Virus record (IMG/VR): IMGVR_UViG_3300050821_011071
DNA length: 64,000 bases
Strand: one strand, 5' to 3'
From: an uncultured virus (IMG/VR IMGVR_UViG_3300050821_011071)
Lineage: Duplodnaviria; Heunggongvirae; Uroviricota; Caudoviricetes
The notes below the pieces were generated by a model that was given only the letters and a program-made list of their open reading frames with translations, made no database searches and had not been told where the DNA came from. Position numbers and translations under genes: made by a program. Shown in pieces: positions 9,351 to 18,549 of this stretch. Numbering within the stretch: the first letter of the stretch is position 1; each line of letters begins with the position of its first letter.

Positions 9351-12300
9351 TGCCCGGTTTACTAGAGACTGTAGTACAAGCGAAAAAGCAATCTCCGTGG
9401 GGCCCGATTTTTATCGAGTCGCTTTGGGAAGGGCTTTATACTAACCGTGCTGCGCTACACTCTTCGGGCTCGTTGTACGAAAACAAATATTTGAATGGTC
9501 GCCCGGGCTCGTTACTAGGTGGACTAAATACCGAAATCTCGGTTCGTAACACACTGATTCGTCGCCCCGGCCTGTCTTCATTTTCGACTTTCAACTATCC
9601 TACTCCTCCGAATCGTGGTTTTTCGTTCCCGCTTACGGACGGAACGATTCGAGTAATCATAGACACAGGCTCGACTGGCACGCTAACGTTGGCTTCGGTT
9701 GCGACATCCTCTGGCGGAGTGGCAGTTTACACGGGCACAATCACGGGTGGCGGTAGCAATGCTTACGTCGGCCTGATTTTCGCCGTGTCCGGATTTACAA
9801 ACCCGTCAAACAACGGCACGTTTACTTGCACCGCGTCTGGGACCGGAACCATTACACTTTCGAATCCGATAGCTGTGTCTGAAACCCACGCTGCGTCTAC
9901 CATCAGCACCGGCGCGGTTTACTGGGACCAGCAAAACGGCTCTGCGACAATGCTCTTCGCTAAGGCTCCGCTGGCTGGTCAAACGGCTTTCGTCGCTAGC
10001 GGCGGAATCCTTTATATGGGAGACGGCGTTGACACCAAGAAATACACGCCGCTGAATTTGAACACTCCCGCGGGCAGCTCTGTGTCTGTTTGGAATTGGG
10101 GGATAGTAGCTCCCAAGAATCAGCCGAACGTAGCCATCGTTTCTAGCGGTGCGTCCAGCCCTGCGTGGGCGGCGACCACAATGTTTTCTACGATGGGTTT
10201 GATGTACGATGCCGCGAACAACGCGATGTATCAGCTCAACTCCGTCAACGCGTCGACAACGAATACGACCCAATTCGGCACGAGCGGAAGCGGGCAACCT
10301 GCGTGGGCCGGAGTTGGTGGCACGACCACAGATGGGTCGATTACGTGGACAAACATCGGCCCGATTGCTTTGTGGACCGCGAACACTATTTACAGCAATG
10401 CTGCCGTAGGCGGAACTGCGACCAGCCCTTGCGCCGTTTATGACACTGTAACAAACGCTGTTTACATCAACATCAACCCGGGCTTCGCGAGCGGAAAGAG
10501 CGGCCCGACAAGACCTTTGTTTAAGCCGGGTATCGGACTAGACACTCAGGACGGCGGAGTCAAGTGGCAGAACGTAGGGATTCCGGGAACTTGGCAGAAG
10601 AGCCATTTGTATCCACAAATCGGCCATGGCCCGATTCCGAACAACAACAACGTCAGTTTAGTTGTTGAACCATCGGGATTGGCAAACGGGTTTCCGACCG
10701 GCCAAACTATTTTTCTTCAAGCCTCGGGTGGCGGAACTTCGGCAGCTAGCGCAACAAGCCCGTTCAATGCTGCGACAAATAATTTTGGGCAGCAAACAAC
10801 AGACGGTGATTTGATTTGGCTATCGCTCGGTTCAGACCAGTGGGCGGCCACAACGTCAGTTTCCCAGTGGCGTACAAACGGAACACCGTTCACAGCCATC
10901 CTCGACGCAAACGGAAATTTTCAAGTTTGCTCACAGAGTGGGATTACAGCTACGGTAAAGCCGCAAACTTCGTATTCCATCACGTCGGTTAATAACGCGA
11001 GCGGCGGCACCACGACTTATAATTATGGTTCGACCACCGCGATGCCGATTGGTAGCGCGACCGCCCCGGTATTCGCTGTATTTTCTGGTTTCGCCAACGC
11101 GGCTAATAACGGAACATTTCTGATTATCAGCTCGACTGCGACATCGGTGACCGTGCAGAATGCCGCCGGTGTAGCCGACACGACAGGAACCGCGGTATAC
11201 AATCCGTGGCCTATCGGATACGGAAGAACAATTAATGACGGCACTGCTATTTGGACCTGCGTCGGCGATGCGACTACTTGGGTTGCTTTGACGAAGTGGT
11301 ACTTGCCTGCAACAGGATTCGCAGTTCCGTCCAGCAGCCAGCCTTTCGGAAGCGCTAGTGTAATCGACTCGAACACAGACGTCGAGTTCGTAATCAACAC
11401 AGGTTTGTCAGGTGCTGCGCATCCAACATGGGCCGGGATAGGCGGAAACACAGCCGATAACGGAACCAGCTTTGTACTTTCTCAAGTTACCGTTAACGCG
11501 AACGGAACGACGACATACACAGGCACCACCCTAAGCGCCCTCGCCGGTCAAACAGTTTTGGTATCTGGTTTTACGAATGCGGGCAACAATGCTCTTGTGG
11601 ATGTCCTGTCTGCGAACGCGACAACCTTTACGGTAATCACGCACGGGCAAGTGAATGAAACACACGCGGGCACAGCTCAGAACGGGTTGATTTGGTATAA
11701 CCTGTCCGCGTTCAATTCGAACAGCATCGCGTTCACGAAAGGCTACGCATACGCGTACAGCTACAAAGCGCGCGCCTTCAACGATTTTTATTCTCCGCTC
11801 CCATTAGGCGGCGGTAATACTCCTCCGGGCATAACGGTTTCGCCGAACGGCTTCACTGCGTTCGGGCCGCCAACCGGTTCCGCGACAAACGCAATTTCGA
11901 CTGCATCGCCTGCTTTCATTATCACGGGTTCGAATTCAGGCGCGGTGATGACAGTTACCGGGGTTTACTCCCCGGACCCGCAAGTTGACACCATTGTTAT
12001 TTGGCGCTCCGCCGACGGCGGAGGCGCAGGCCAGATGTTTGAACTGACCGAAATCCCGAACGTCTATGTACCGGGGACAGTCCCGGGCACATGGAAGTTT
12101 CAAGACTTCTTACCGGATGCTGCGACTAACCAGTTTCCGGGTTTGAACACTTTGATTCCGGCTCCAATTAATTCATCGAACAACCCCCCGTTCTCGTTCT
12201 TTATTCCGATGGCGTATAACTTTGAGCGCATTTGGGGCGGGGAAGGAAACGCGGTAGGATTCTCCGGTGGCCCAGACACATTGACGGGAAACCCCGACGA

Positions 12301-13270
12301 AGCGTTTGCGCCAGCCGACAGCTTGCCGTTTCTTGCGCCCGTAATTCGCGCGGTCAAGACCACCCAAGGTTTGATGGTTTTTACGACGTCATCTATTGAA
12401 ATGATTCTCGGCGGCCCCTTGACATCGAGCTTTTTCTCTGTCACGATTGGCCCGGGTATTGGTTTGGCCGGATTCAATGCGCTCGATATTTTCGCGGGGG
12501 AAGTTTTCTTCCTAGACACTGTTAGCGAGCTGCGCGTAGTATCTCCTACTCTATCAGTGACGACAGCAGGGTTTCCTATCGCGGACCAATTGTTGTTTTT
12601 CAATTCGAAGGTCGCGTATGTGACCTTTGCTGATTTGCCGAACGACTCAGCCATTTACACAGGGACTGGTTCGACAGCGTACAACGGGAACACCGGTTGG
12701 TTCCGTATGAATCCTCGTCAGATTCCGGGCTCGATTAACGGCCCGGAGCCAGTGTGGTCTCCGTTCGCTGCGGTAACAAACGGGTGCCGAATGGTCCAAG
12801 CCCTTGAAATTTCTCCGGGAGTAAAAAAGCTCTTGGTCGGCCCAGCCACTGGTGGAAATAACATCTTGAAGAGAGATTTCTCTGTCTTCACAGATGCGGG
12901 TACCCCGTACGCGGCTAACGCTCAGCTCGGCTCGCTGTTCTTGGCACACCGCGGTGAGTTGGCTTTGCTTCGTTTCATAGAGGCTGACTTTGCTTTGGTG
13001 ACGACCAACCCGACAATGTCTTATTTGCTGAATGAAATTAGCGGTGTGTTTTCTAATTTTAACACGGCTAACGCAAAATTTGACCCGCCGGATTTGTATG
13101 GTACCACTATCACACCGTCGAGTTATAATCCGCTGCGATTTTATTTCTTAGACCAAGGCTCGCTTGCTCGTTGCGTGCACATGCAAATCGGAATTAATTT
13201 TGGCACCACTAGCGCAGCCGACGAGGTTTTTAACTTAACCGTCGAAGGCGCAATTATAAAGCAAAGATAA
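9350..13270 (+). CDS. Large tail (nozzle/tubular-B-like) protein with inserted Trp-containing repeats (1306 aa)
   Basis: N-terminal NTEIS..NTLIRRPG and a beta-propeller-like C-terminus; repeated W.A.T and T.DG...W...G modules. Confidence 0.6.
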   Translation: MPGLLETVVQAKKQSPWGPIFIESLWEGLYTNRAALHSSGSLYENKYLNGRPGSLLGGLNTEISVRNTLIRRPGLSSFSTFNYPTPPNRGFSFPLTDGTIRVIIDTGSTGTLTLASVATSSGGVAVYTGTITGGGSNAYVGLIFAVSGFTNPSNNGTFTCTASGTGTITLSNPIAVSETHAASTISTGAVYWDQQNGSATMLFAKAPLAGQTAFVASGGILYMGDGVDTKKYTPLNLNTPAGSSVSVWNWGIVAPKNQPNVAIVSSGASSPAWAATTMFSTMGLMYDAANNAMYQLNSVNASTTNTTQFGTSGSGQPAWAGVGGTTTDGSITWTNIGPIALWTANTIYSNAAVGGTATSPCAVYDTVTNAVYININPGFASGKSGPTRPLFKPGIGLDTQDGGVKWQNVGIPGTWQKSHLYPQIGHGPIPNNNNVSLVVEPSGLANGFPTGQTIFLQASGGGTSAASATSPFNAATNNFGQQTTDGDLIWLSLGSDQWAATTSVSQWRTNGTPFTAILDANGNFQVCSQSGITATVKPQTSYSITSVNNASGGTTTYNYGSTTAMPIGSATAPVFAVFSGFANAANNGTFLIISSTATSVTVQNAAGVADTTGTAVYNPWPIGYGRTINDGTAIWTCVGDATTWVALTKWYLPATGFAVPSSSQPFGSASVIDSNTDVEFVINTGLSGAAHPTWAGIGGNTADNGTSFVLSQVTVNANGTTTYTGTTLSALAGQTVLVSGFTNAGNNALVDVLSANATTFTVITHGQVNETHAGTAQNGLIWYNLSAFNSNSIAFTKGYAYAYSYKARAFNDFYSPLPLGGGNTPPGITVSPNGFTAFGPPTGSATNAISTASPAFIITGSNSGAVMTVTGVYSPDPQVDTIVIWRSADGGGAGQMFELTEIPNVYVPGTVPGTWKFQDFLPDAATNQFPGLNTLIPAPINSSNNPPFSFFIPMAYNFERIWGGEGNAVGFSGGPDTLTGNPDEAFAPADSLPFLAPVIRAVKTTQGLMVFTTSSIEMILGGPLTSSFFSVTIGPGIGLAGFNALDIFAGEVFFLDTVSELRVVSPTLSVTTAGFPIADQLLFFNSKVAYVTFADLPNDSAIYTGTGSTAYNGNTGWFRMNPRQIPGSINGPEPVWSPFAAVTNGCRMVQALEISPGVKKLLVGPATGGNNILKRDFSVFTDAGTPYAANAQLGSLFLAHRGELALLRFIEADFALVTTNPTMSYLLNEISGVFSNFNTANAKFDPPDLYGTTITPSSYNPLRFYFLDQGSLARCVHMQIGINFGTTSAADEVFNLTVEGAIIKQR

Positions 13271-15018
13271 TGCCCGACCAAAACTCAAAATATATAATGA
13301 ATGAGTCCGAACTTCCGGATGACCTTGAGTTCGTCGAACGTCAGCCAGTAACCGCTGGTTCGGGGGCTGCGCCCACTCAGGACCGAGACCGTTACCAAGG
13401 CGCGATTTTATCAGCCCCCTTAGGCCTTGACACAGATATCGCGAAGAGCCAGTTGCCGGGAGCCAATCCGGCATATCGTTTGATGCCAGCGTCCATCGCG
13501 GGCAACCCAGCTACAAACGCGTCTATCCAGAGCACAGCGAGAAAGGTGGTAGCAGCAACGCCCCCACCGCCCGCTTCATCTGGTAGCGGCGGTTCAGTTT
13601 CGTTGGACGTTCCGAGTATTTTTACACCGGTTGCTCAAACAATCACGCTGCCGGGGACTTTGACTATCGGCCTCGCGACGCAACTCGCCAACTTGGTTTT
13701 TCTAACTCCCAGCACTTTGTCGGGAGGATTAGAGGCTCAGAACACAGGAAGCGGGAGCGGAGTGGGTTCTGTTACTACAACAGCTTCGCCCACCACCGGC
13801 ACGTCTTGGGGCTTATTTTCATACATCACAAACGGCTCTCCCGGTACTCCGTCTGGATGGACTCAGTTATTTGCGTCAAGCCCTGTTTTTGTGCAGTCTC
13901 TTAGCGGGACGAGTCCTGTCAGCGTCAGCGTTTCTCCGGGAGCGGCGGGTAATAACTTAGCGTCAGCTTTGTTCATCTTCAACGGGACATTGCCTACGCT
14001 TGTGCAAGCGGCTCACGCGACCACCGTTTACAGCGGCACAGTATCGTTCGCGTCCAACAATACCGCGGGTAACACGCTCGTCATAGTTATGACCATAAAT
14101 AGAAGCGGCACGGCTGCCCCTCCTCTAACCATGACTTTGCTTGATTCGGCGGCAAACAATTATCAGCAGATTTTAAACCAGACCGTCCCGGGGGCGAACA
14201 GCCCGACGTTTTTCCCCGACGTTCAACAAAGCATTTGGGTTGTAACTAACTGCGCCGGTGGCCCGAACACGATTTCTTACCTGTATAGCGGAGCGGCCTC
14301 CGGCGGTGATATAGGCAACGTCACGATTTATGAGTTTTCTCCGTTCACCACACTCGGCGGAGGAATCCCCTTTTTCGGCCAGTTGAACGGTTCTTATATT
14401 GCTGGTATAGACGCCTCGAAGGTAACTACCGGGATTCTTTCTTTGCTCGTTGGCGGAACCGGGGCAAATTTAAGTACCACTGGCGGCGTGAGCAAGTTTC
14501 TTTCGCAAGCATCTGCGGGCGCGCCAATCACCGTCGTTCGACCAGACTATTCAGATTTAGCCGGTATAAACATAGCGACGAAGTATAAGAACATTTCTCT
14601 TGTCTCGAACGGCCTCGCGTCCGAGGTCGCTTTGGTGGATTTGACTACACAAGCCGCGGCCATCACAGCCACCACCCTTTACGCAGTGCCCGGCGCTGGC
14701 GCAGGTATGTACCGAATTTCTTGGGTTGCTACGGTAACTCAAGCAGCCGCAACCCCGCCCACATCCGTTCTGGGGGGAACGAACGGGTTTCAAATTCTTT
14801 ATACGGATAAAGATACATCTGTCGTGAAAACAATGCCCGGAACAGTCGTTGCCGGTGTAGATACAAACTCGACTAACAGTACGTCTACGGGAACTCTTTC
14901 GGGGTGTTTCATTGTCAATGCTGCGGCATCCACCAATATACAGTATCAAATGGATTATTCAAGTTCCGGAGCAACACCAATGCAGTTCAATCTTCACATA
15001 AAACTGGAAGCTCTGTAA
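13270..15018 (+). CDS. Tail fibre-like protein (582 aa)
   Basis: S/T/G-rich; L..GGTG motif; 1-nt overlap with the upstream stop. Confidence 0.55.
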   Translation: MPDQNSKYIMNESELPDDLEFVERQPVTAGSGAAPTQDRDRYQGAILSAPLGLDTDIAKSQLPGANPAYRLMPASIAGNPATNASIQSTARKVVAATPPPPASSGSGGSVSLDVPSIFTPVAQTITLPGTLTIGLATQLANLVFLTPSTLSGGLEAQNTGSGSGVGSVTTTASPTTGTSWGLFSYITNGSPGTPSGWTQLFASSPVFVQSLSGTSPVSVSVSPGAAGNNLASALFIFNGTLPTLVQAAHATTVYSGTVSFASNNTAGNTLVIVMTINRSGTAAPPLTMTLLDSAANNYQQILNQTVPGANSPTFFPDVQQSIWVVTNCAGGPNTISYLYSGAASGGDIGNVTIYEFSPFTTLGGGIPFFGQLNGSYIAGIDASKVTTGILSLLVGGTGANLSTTGGVSKFLSQASAGAPITVVRPDYSDLAGINIATKYKNISLVSNGLASEVALVDLTTQAAAITATTLYAVPGAGAGMYRISWVATVTQAAATPPTSVLGGTNGFQILYTDKDTSVVKTMPGTVVAGVDTNSTNSTSTGTLSGCFIVNAAASTNIQYQMDYSSSGATPMQFNLHIKLEAL

Positions 15019-15443
15019 TGACAAAACTCACGCTGACGACAGCCGAAGACCTAGAACAAATCCTAGAATGGATAGCAGCCGACCCATACCACAAAGGCGA
15101 CCCACGATGTGTAGCCGAAGGTCTTCTGAGCGGAGCTGGAAACGGCGTCCTGACTTTTTGCCTTCAAGATGACGTTGGACCTTTGTGTTTCGTTCGCTTA
15201 GACGCCGAAGGCGAAGTGCTCAGATTGTCGACGCAGTTCGGCCCGGAAGAACAAGTCAGCAAGCGCAGACTTGTAACCGGGCTATTAGAAGCGGGGATTC
15301 CGGCGATTATATTGTTCGCAAAAGAGCGGAAGTACAAAGGGATAGTTTTTGAGTCCATCTTTCCCTCGCTGATAGCGTTCATGGATAAGCAAGGATTCAA
15401 GGCAGCCGGTGGCGATGACTACATGCTGACCTTTGGAGAATAA
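15018..15443 (+). CDS. GNAT-like small protein (T7 gp13-like position; start MTKLTLTT)
   Basis: TAATG overlap at 15016-15020; ends ...LIAFMDKQGF like GNAT folds; sits between tail and ejection genes. Confidence 0.5.
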   Translation: MTKLTLTTAEDLEQILEWIAADPYHKGDPRCVAEGLLSGAGNGVLTFCLQDDVGPLCFVRLDAEGEVLRLSTQFGPEEQVSKRRLVTGLLEAGIPAIILFAKERKYKGIVFESIFPSLIAFMDKQGFKAAGGDDYMLTFGE

Positions 15444-15446
15444 CAG

Positions 15447-16142
15447 ATGTGTACTTTTGGCGGACCGAGTTCAACAGAAGAAACGATTGCAGGCCAAGAG
15501 TCTAGCCTAGCGTCTACGCTGCGCGGAAATTACAACACTGTCTTCGGCGAAGACCAAGCCACCTTGGAAGCATTGAACAGCCAGCTTAATCAGATTCGTA
15601 CCGGCCAAACCGGTCTCGGATTCAGCGCGGCGGAACAGTCGGCTCGCGAAGCACAGATTATTAATCAGGGCGGAGCTAACGCTCGAAACGCGACGCAAGC
15701 GGCCCAAGATTTTGCAGCAGGCCGAACATTTAACGGCTCGACGGACTCAAGCGGCTTGGCGCGTGAAAGCGGTATCAATCAACAGATTCGAGAGACAGCG
15801 CAATCGACCGCGCAAACACAGACAGCAAATGAGTTGACTAAATTAACCGCTGAGAACTATGGCCAAGGTCGCGAAAACGCGGCTCGTTCCGCGGCAGGAT
15901 TGGCGACATTAGCTGGTTTGGAAAACCCGAATCCAGTCGCCGGAGCGGCAGGAAGTGAGTTCGGTTCAGCTTTTGGTTCAGCAAAAAGTATTCAAGACCA
16001 GAAGATTGCAGAGACGCAAGCGGCTATAGGTTTAGGCACAACCGCGGCACTAGATGTCGCAACCTTCGGGGCCGGAGCTTTAGAAGGCAGCCAAGGTTTC
16101 GACCTACAAGGCGGATTGAGTGCCTTGTCCGGGCGTGGATAA
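15447..16142 (+). CDS. Internal virion/ejection protein (231 aa)
   Basis: MC..GG start; A/Q/G-rich helical composition; first of three ejection-type genes. Confidence 0.6.
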   Translation: MCTFGGPSSTEETIAGQESSLASTLRGNYNTVFGEDQATLEALNSQLNQIRTGQTGLGFSAAEQSAREAQIINQGGANARNATQAAQDFAAGRTFNGSTDSSGLARESGINQQIRETAQSTAQTQTANELTKLTAENYGQGRENAARSAAGLATLAGLENPNPVAGAAGSEFGSAFGSAKSIQDQKIAETQAAIGLGTTAALDVATFGAGALEGSQGFDLQGGLSALSGRG

Positions 16143-16145
16143 AGC

Positions 16146-16174
16146 TTGACAAAATTTCCTGTTCGTGATAGGAT
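16146..16174 (+). promoter_or_regulatory. Sigma70-type promoter TTGACA-N17-TAGGAT
   Basis: Exact hexamers with 17-nt spacing and TG extension; 8 nt between the -10 box and ATG 16183. Confidence 0.7.
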
Positions 16175-16182
16175 GGATTGAG

Positions 16183-18549
16183 ATGGCAATTTCAGAAGCT
16201 GAAGTGAAAGCACTGCTTACGCAGGCGAGCCCAAACGCCCCCGGCGACGATAGTAATGCGCCTCCGACTCCGCCGCTGACCGCGGCGAGCCCCGGGACGG
16301 CTGCGGGCGTCGATGCCTTAAAGACCCCGAATGCTGGTATCACAGCTCCTGCGGCAGCCAGCCCCACCAACGCCTCGCCCACGCCCAATTTCTCCGAACG
16401 CTACGGCACCGGCTTACGAGACCAATTGATGAAGGCGCTCGCCAATCCGGCCAACGGCAAACAACTCAGTGTTATGGCTCCGTTTGTAACGGCAGCTATT
16501 CCGGCATTAACTGACGGCAGCGCATGGGAGAGAGCACAGTCAAACGGAGATGCAACGACTCCGACAACTCCCCCAGCAGGCCCCCCAAACAAAGCTCTTG
16601 GTGCGGTGAATGCGATTGGCGCAAGCCTTGGTGACGCGGCAAATGCTGTCGGCCCGGGCGGTGGATTTGGCGCTATCGCGAGAACCTTGGCTGCGCGCAG
16701 TGGGCGTTTGTCAGAAGAGATGAAGAACCGCCAGCTAATGGCGACCTCGAATGCTCAAATGTTGCACGAGCAAGCTTTGACCCACAAGCTCGGCGAAGAC
16801 CAAATTGCTGCGGCGGCAACGAGCGGCAAACAAGGTGCAGACTTATTGTTGAACTCCCACGTCCCGGGCGAACTAATCGCCGAAGGCAAGACTTCGGACG
16901 AACTCAAGGACATGATTGCCAAGAAGCAGCTCGACCCGACGGTCGAGACCGTCTTTTTGACCGGCAGACAGTTGGTTGGCAAGGACGCGAACGGACAACC
17001 GTTGTTCCGCTCTACTTACTCGGTCGTGAAGCCCGGCGGACCGGTAACGTTCGATGAAGACCGCAAAGATGAATTAGACTTCATCAATGATAACTTGCAC
17101 ATGAATATTAAACCGGGACAACAGCTCCCAGCGATTCAAGTGAATCACTTGTGGCAGCAGGCTCAGAATCAAGCGGTTACTAATGCTCAGCTTGAAGCCA
17201 ATTTGGCGGAAATCGGATTGAAGCGCGAGAAGTCCCAACTAGCCAAGGCTGCGATGCACTTGAACGATGACAATTACATCACGAATGCGATGGCCGCGAA
17301 CAACGCAAGCACGCCCGGCCATCAAGACCCGTACGTTACGATGAAGACGTACTATGCTCTTTTGAACAATAAAGAGGCCATGGATAAGTATAAGAATTTC
17401 CCCGAGCTGTATAAGCAGTGGGTTGGCGAGAAGAATTTTGATATTTTGCAAAAAGACTACGACAAGGCCCAGAACGAAGCAGATAAGAAAGCGACGAGTA
17501 TCGTCGGGATGACCAACGAGCAAATCGGCGACCATCCGGAAGCTGCGCAAGCCGCCGCCCAAATGATTATTGACGCACCTCCGGGCAAATACACCGGATT
17601 GCAAGTTCAACAAGCAAAGGATACACTACAACAAGCTAAGATTGCCCAAGGTTTGAAGGCTGCATCTGCGGGAGCAAAGACCGCAGCAGAAGAGAAAGCT
17701 AAAGGGGCGGCAGCGACGGAGGGGTTGAACGACTCAGAGTTAATGAATTCGATTTTGAAGTATGACGTCGACCCAGAAAAGATGGCGGGTATTCGTGGCA
17801 ACCAGCGCGAGGCCTTCATGAACAAAGTTCTTGAAGAAGCAAAGAAGCGAGGAATTAACTGGAGCGAAGCTAAATACAAACAGCGCTTCGACACCGTTCA
17901 AGACTTCAACTCTAAAGGCGCTAACGGAAAGCAAATATTCCACCTAGGGACGTTCGCAGAGCACGCTGGTTTGGCCGACGATTTGATTGATGGTTTGAAG
18001 AATACCAATTATCAAGATTTGAACAAGCCTCTCAACACTCTTCAAGAGCATTTGGGTTCCGAAAAGTACGCAAAGATGCGCGTAGCTTTGGGCGCTTCTG
18101 CCAAAGGATATCTCGACTTCTTGAACGCAGGCCACGCACTTACGCAACAAGACGATAAGTGGGTTAGCGAGCTCACAGATGAAAACTCATCCCCAGCTAA
18201 AATTCGAGGCGTTCTCCAAGAGATGGCAGAGACCGTCGGCGCTCGTACCAGAGAGCTTAATAAGCAATACAAAGACTCTATGGAAGTAGACTACCCAAAG
18301 ATGCTCAGCAAGAAATCTTATGACGTGTTGAAACGCCTTGGCGTGGACCTAAGTGAGACAGGCGGAATTAGCGGCAACTTTGCGCCAGCCGGTCAAGCCC
18401 AGCCTAAGCCGGGCGCACAAGCCCAGCGCCCAGCCGATGTCCCGACCGCGACAGGAGCGGCCCCAGACCCGAGAACGAACAAGATGTACTGGCACGACGC
18501 ATCCGGAAAGGTATTGCGTGAAGTAAAGCCGGGAGAGCTTCCACAATAA
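16183..18549 (+). CDS. Internal virion/ejection protein (about 788 aa; start MAISEAEV)
   Basis: Long helical A/Q/K-rich ORF; start moved to 16183 because the listed GTG lies inside the promoter. Confidence 0.65.
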   Translation: MAISEAEVKALLTQASPNAPGDDSNAPPTPPLTAASPGTAAGVDALKTPNAGITAPAAASPTNASPTPNFSERYGTGLRDQLMKALANPANGKQLSVMAPFVTAAIPALTDGSAWERAQSNGDATTPTTPPAGPPNKALGAVNAIGASLGDAANAVGPGGGFGAIARTLAARSGRLSEEMKNRQLMATSNAQMLHEQALTHKLGEDQIAAAATSGKQGADLLLNSHVPGELIAEGKTSDELKDMIAKKQLDPTVETVFLTGRQLVGKDANGQPLFRSTYSVVKPGGPVTFDEDRKDELDFINDNLHMNIKPGQQLPAIQVNHLWQQAQNQAVTNAQLEANLAEIGLKREKSQLAKAAMHLNDDNYITNAMAANNASTPGHQDPYVTMKTYYALLNNKEAMDKYKNFPELYKQWVGEKNFDILQKDYDKAQNEADKKATSIVGMTNEQIGDHPEAAQAAAQMIIDAPPGKYTGLQVQQAKDTLQQAKIAQGLKAASAGAKTAAEEKAKGAAATEGLNDSELMNSILKYDVDPEKMAGIRGNQREAFMNKVLEEAKKRGINWSEAKYKQRFDTVQDFNSKGANGKQIFHLGTFAEHAGLADDLIDGLKNTNYQDLNKPLNTLQEHLGSEKYAKMRVALGASAKGYLDFLNAGHALTQQDDKWVSELTDENSSPAKIRGVLQEMAETVGARTRELNKQYKDSMEVDYPKMLSKKSYDVLKRLGVDLSETGGISGNFAPAGQAQPKPGAQAQRPADVPTATGAAPDPRTNKMYWHDASGKVLREVKPGELPQ

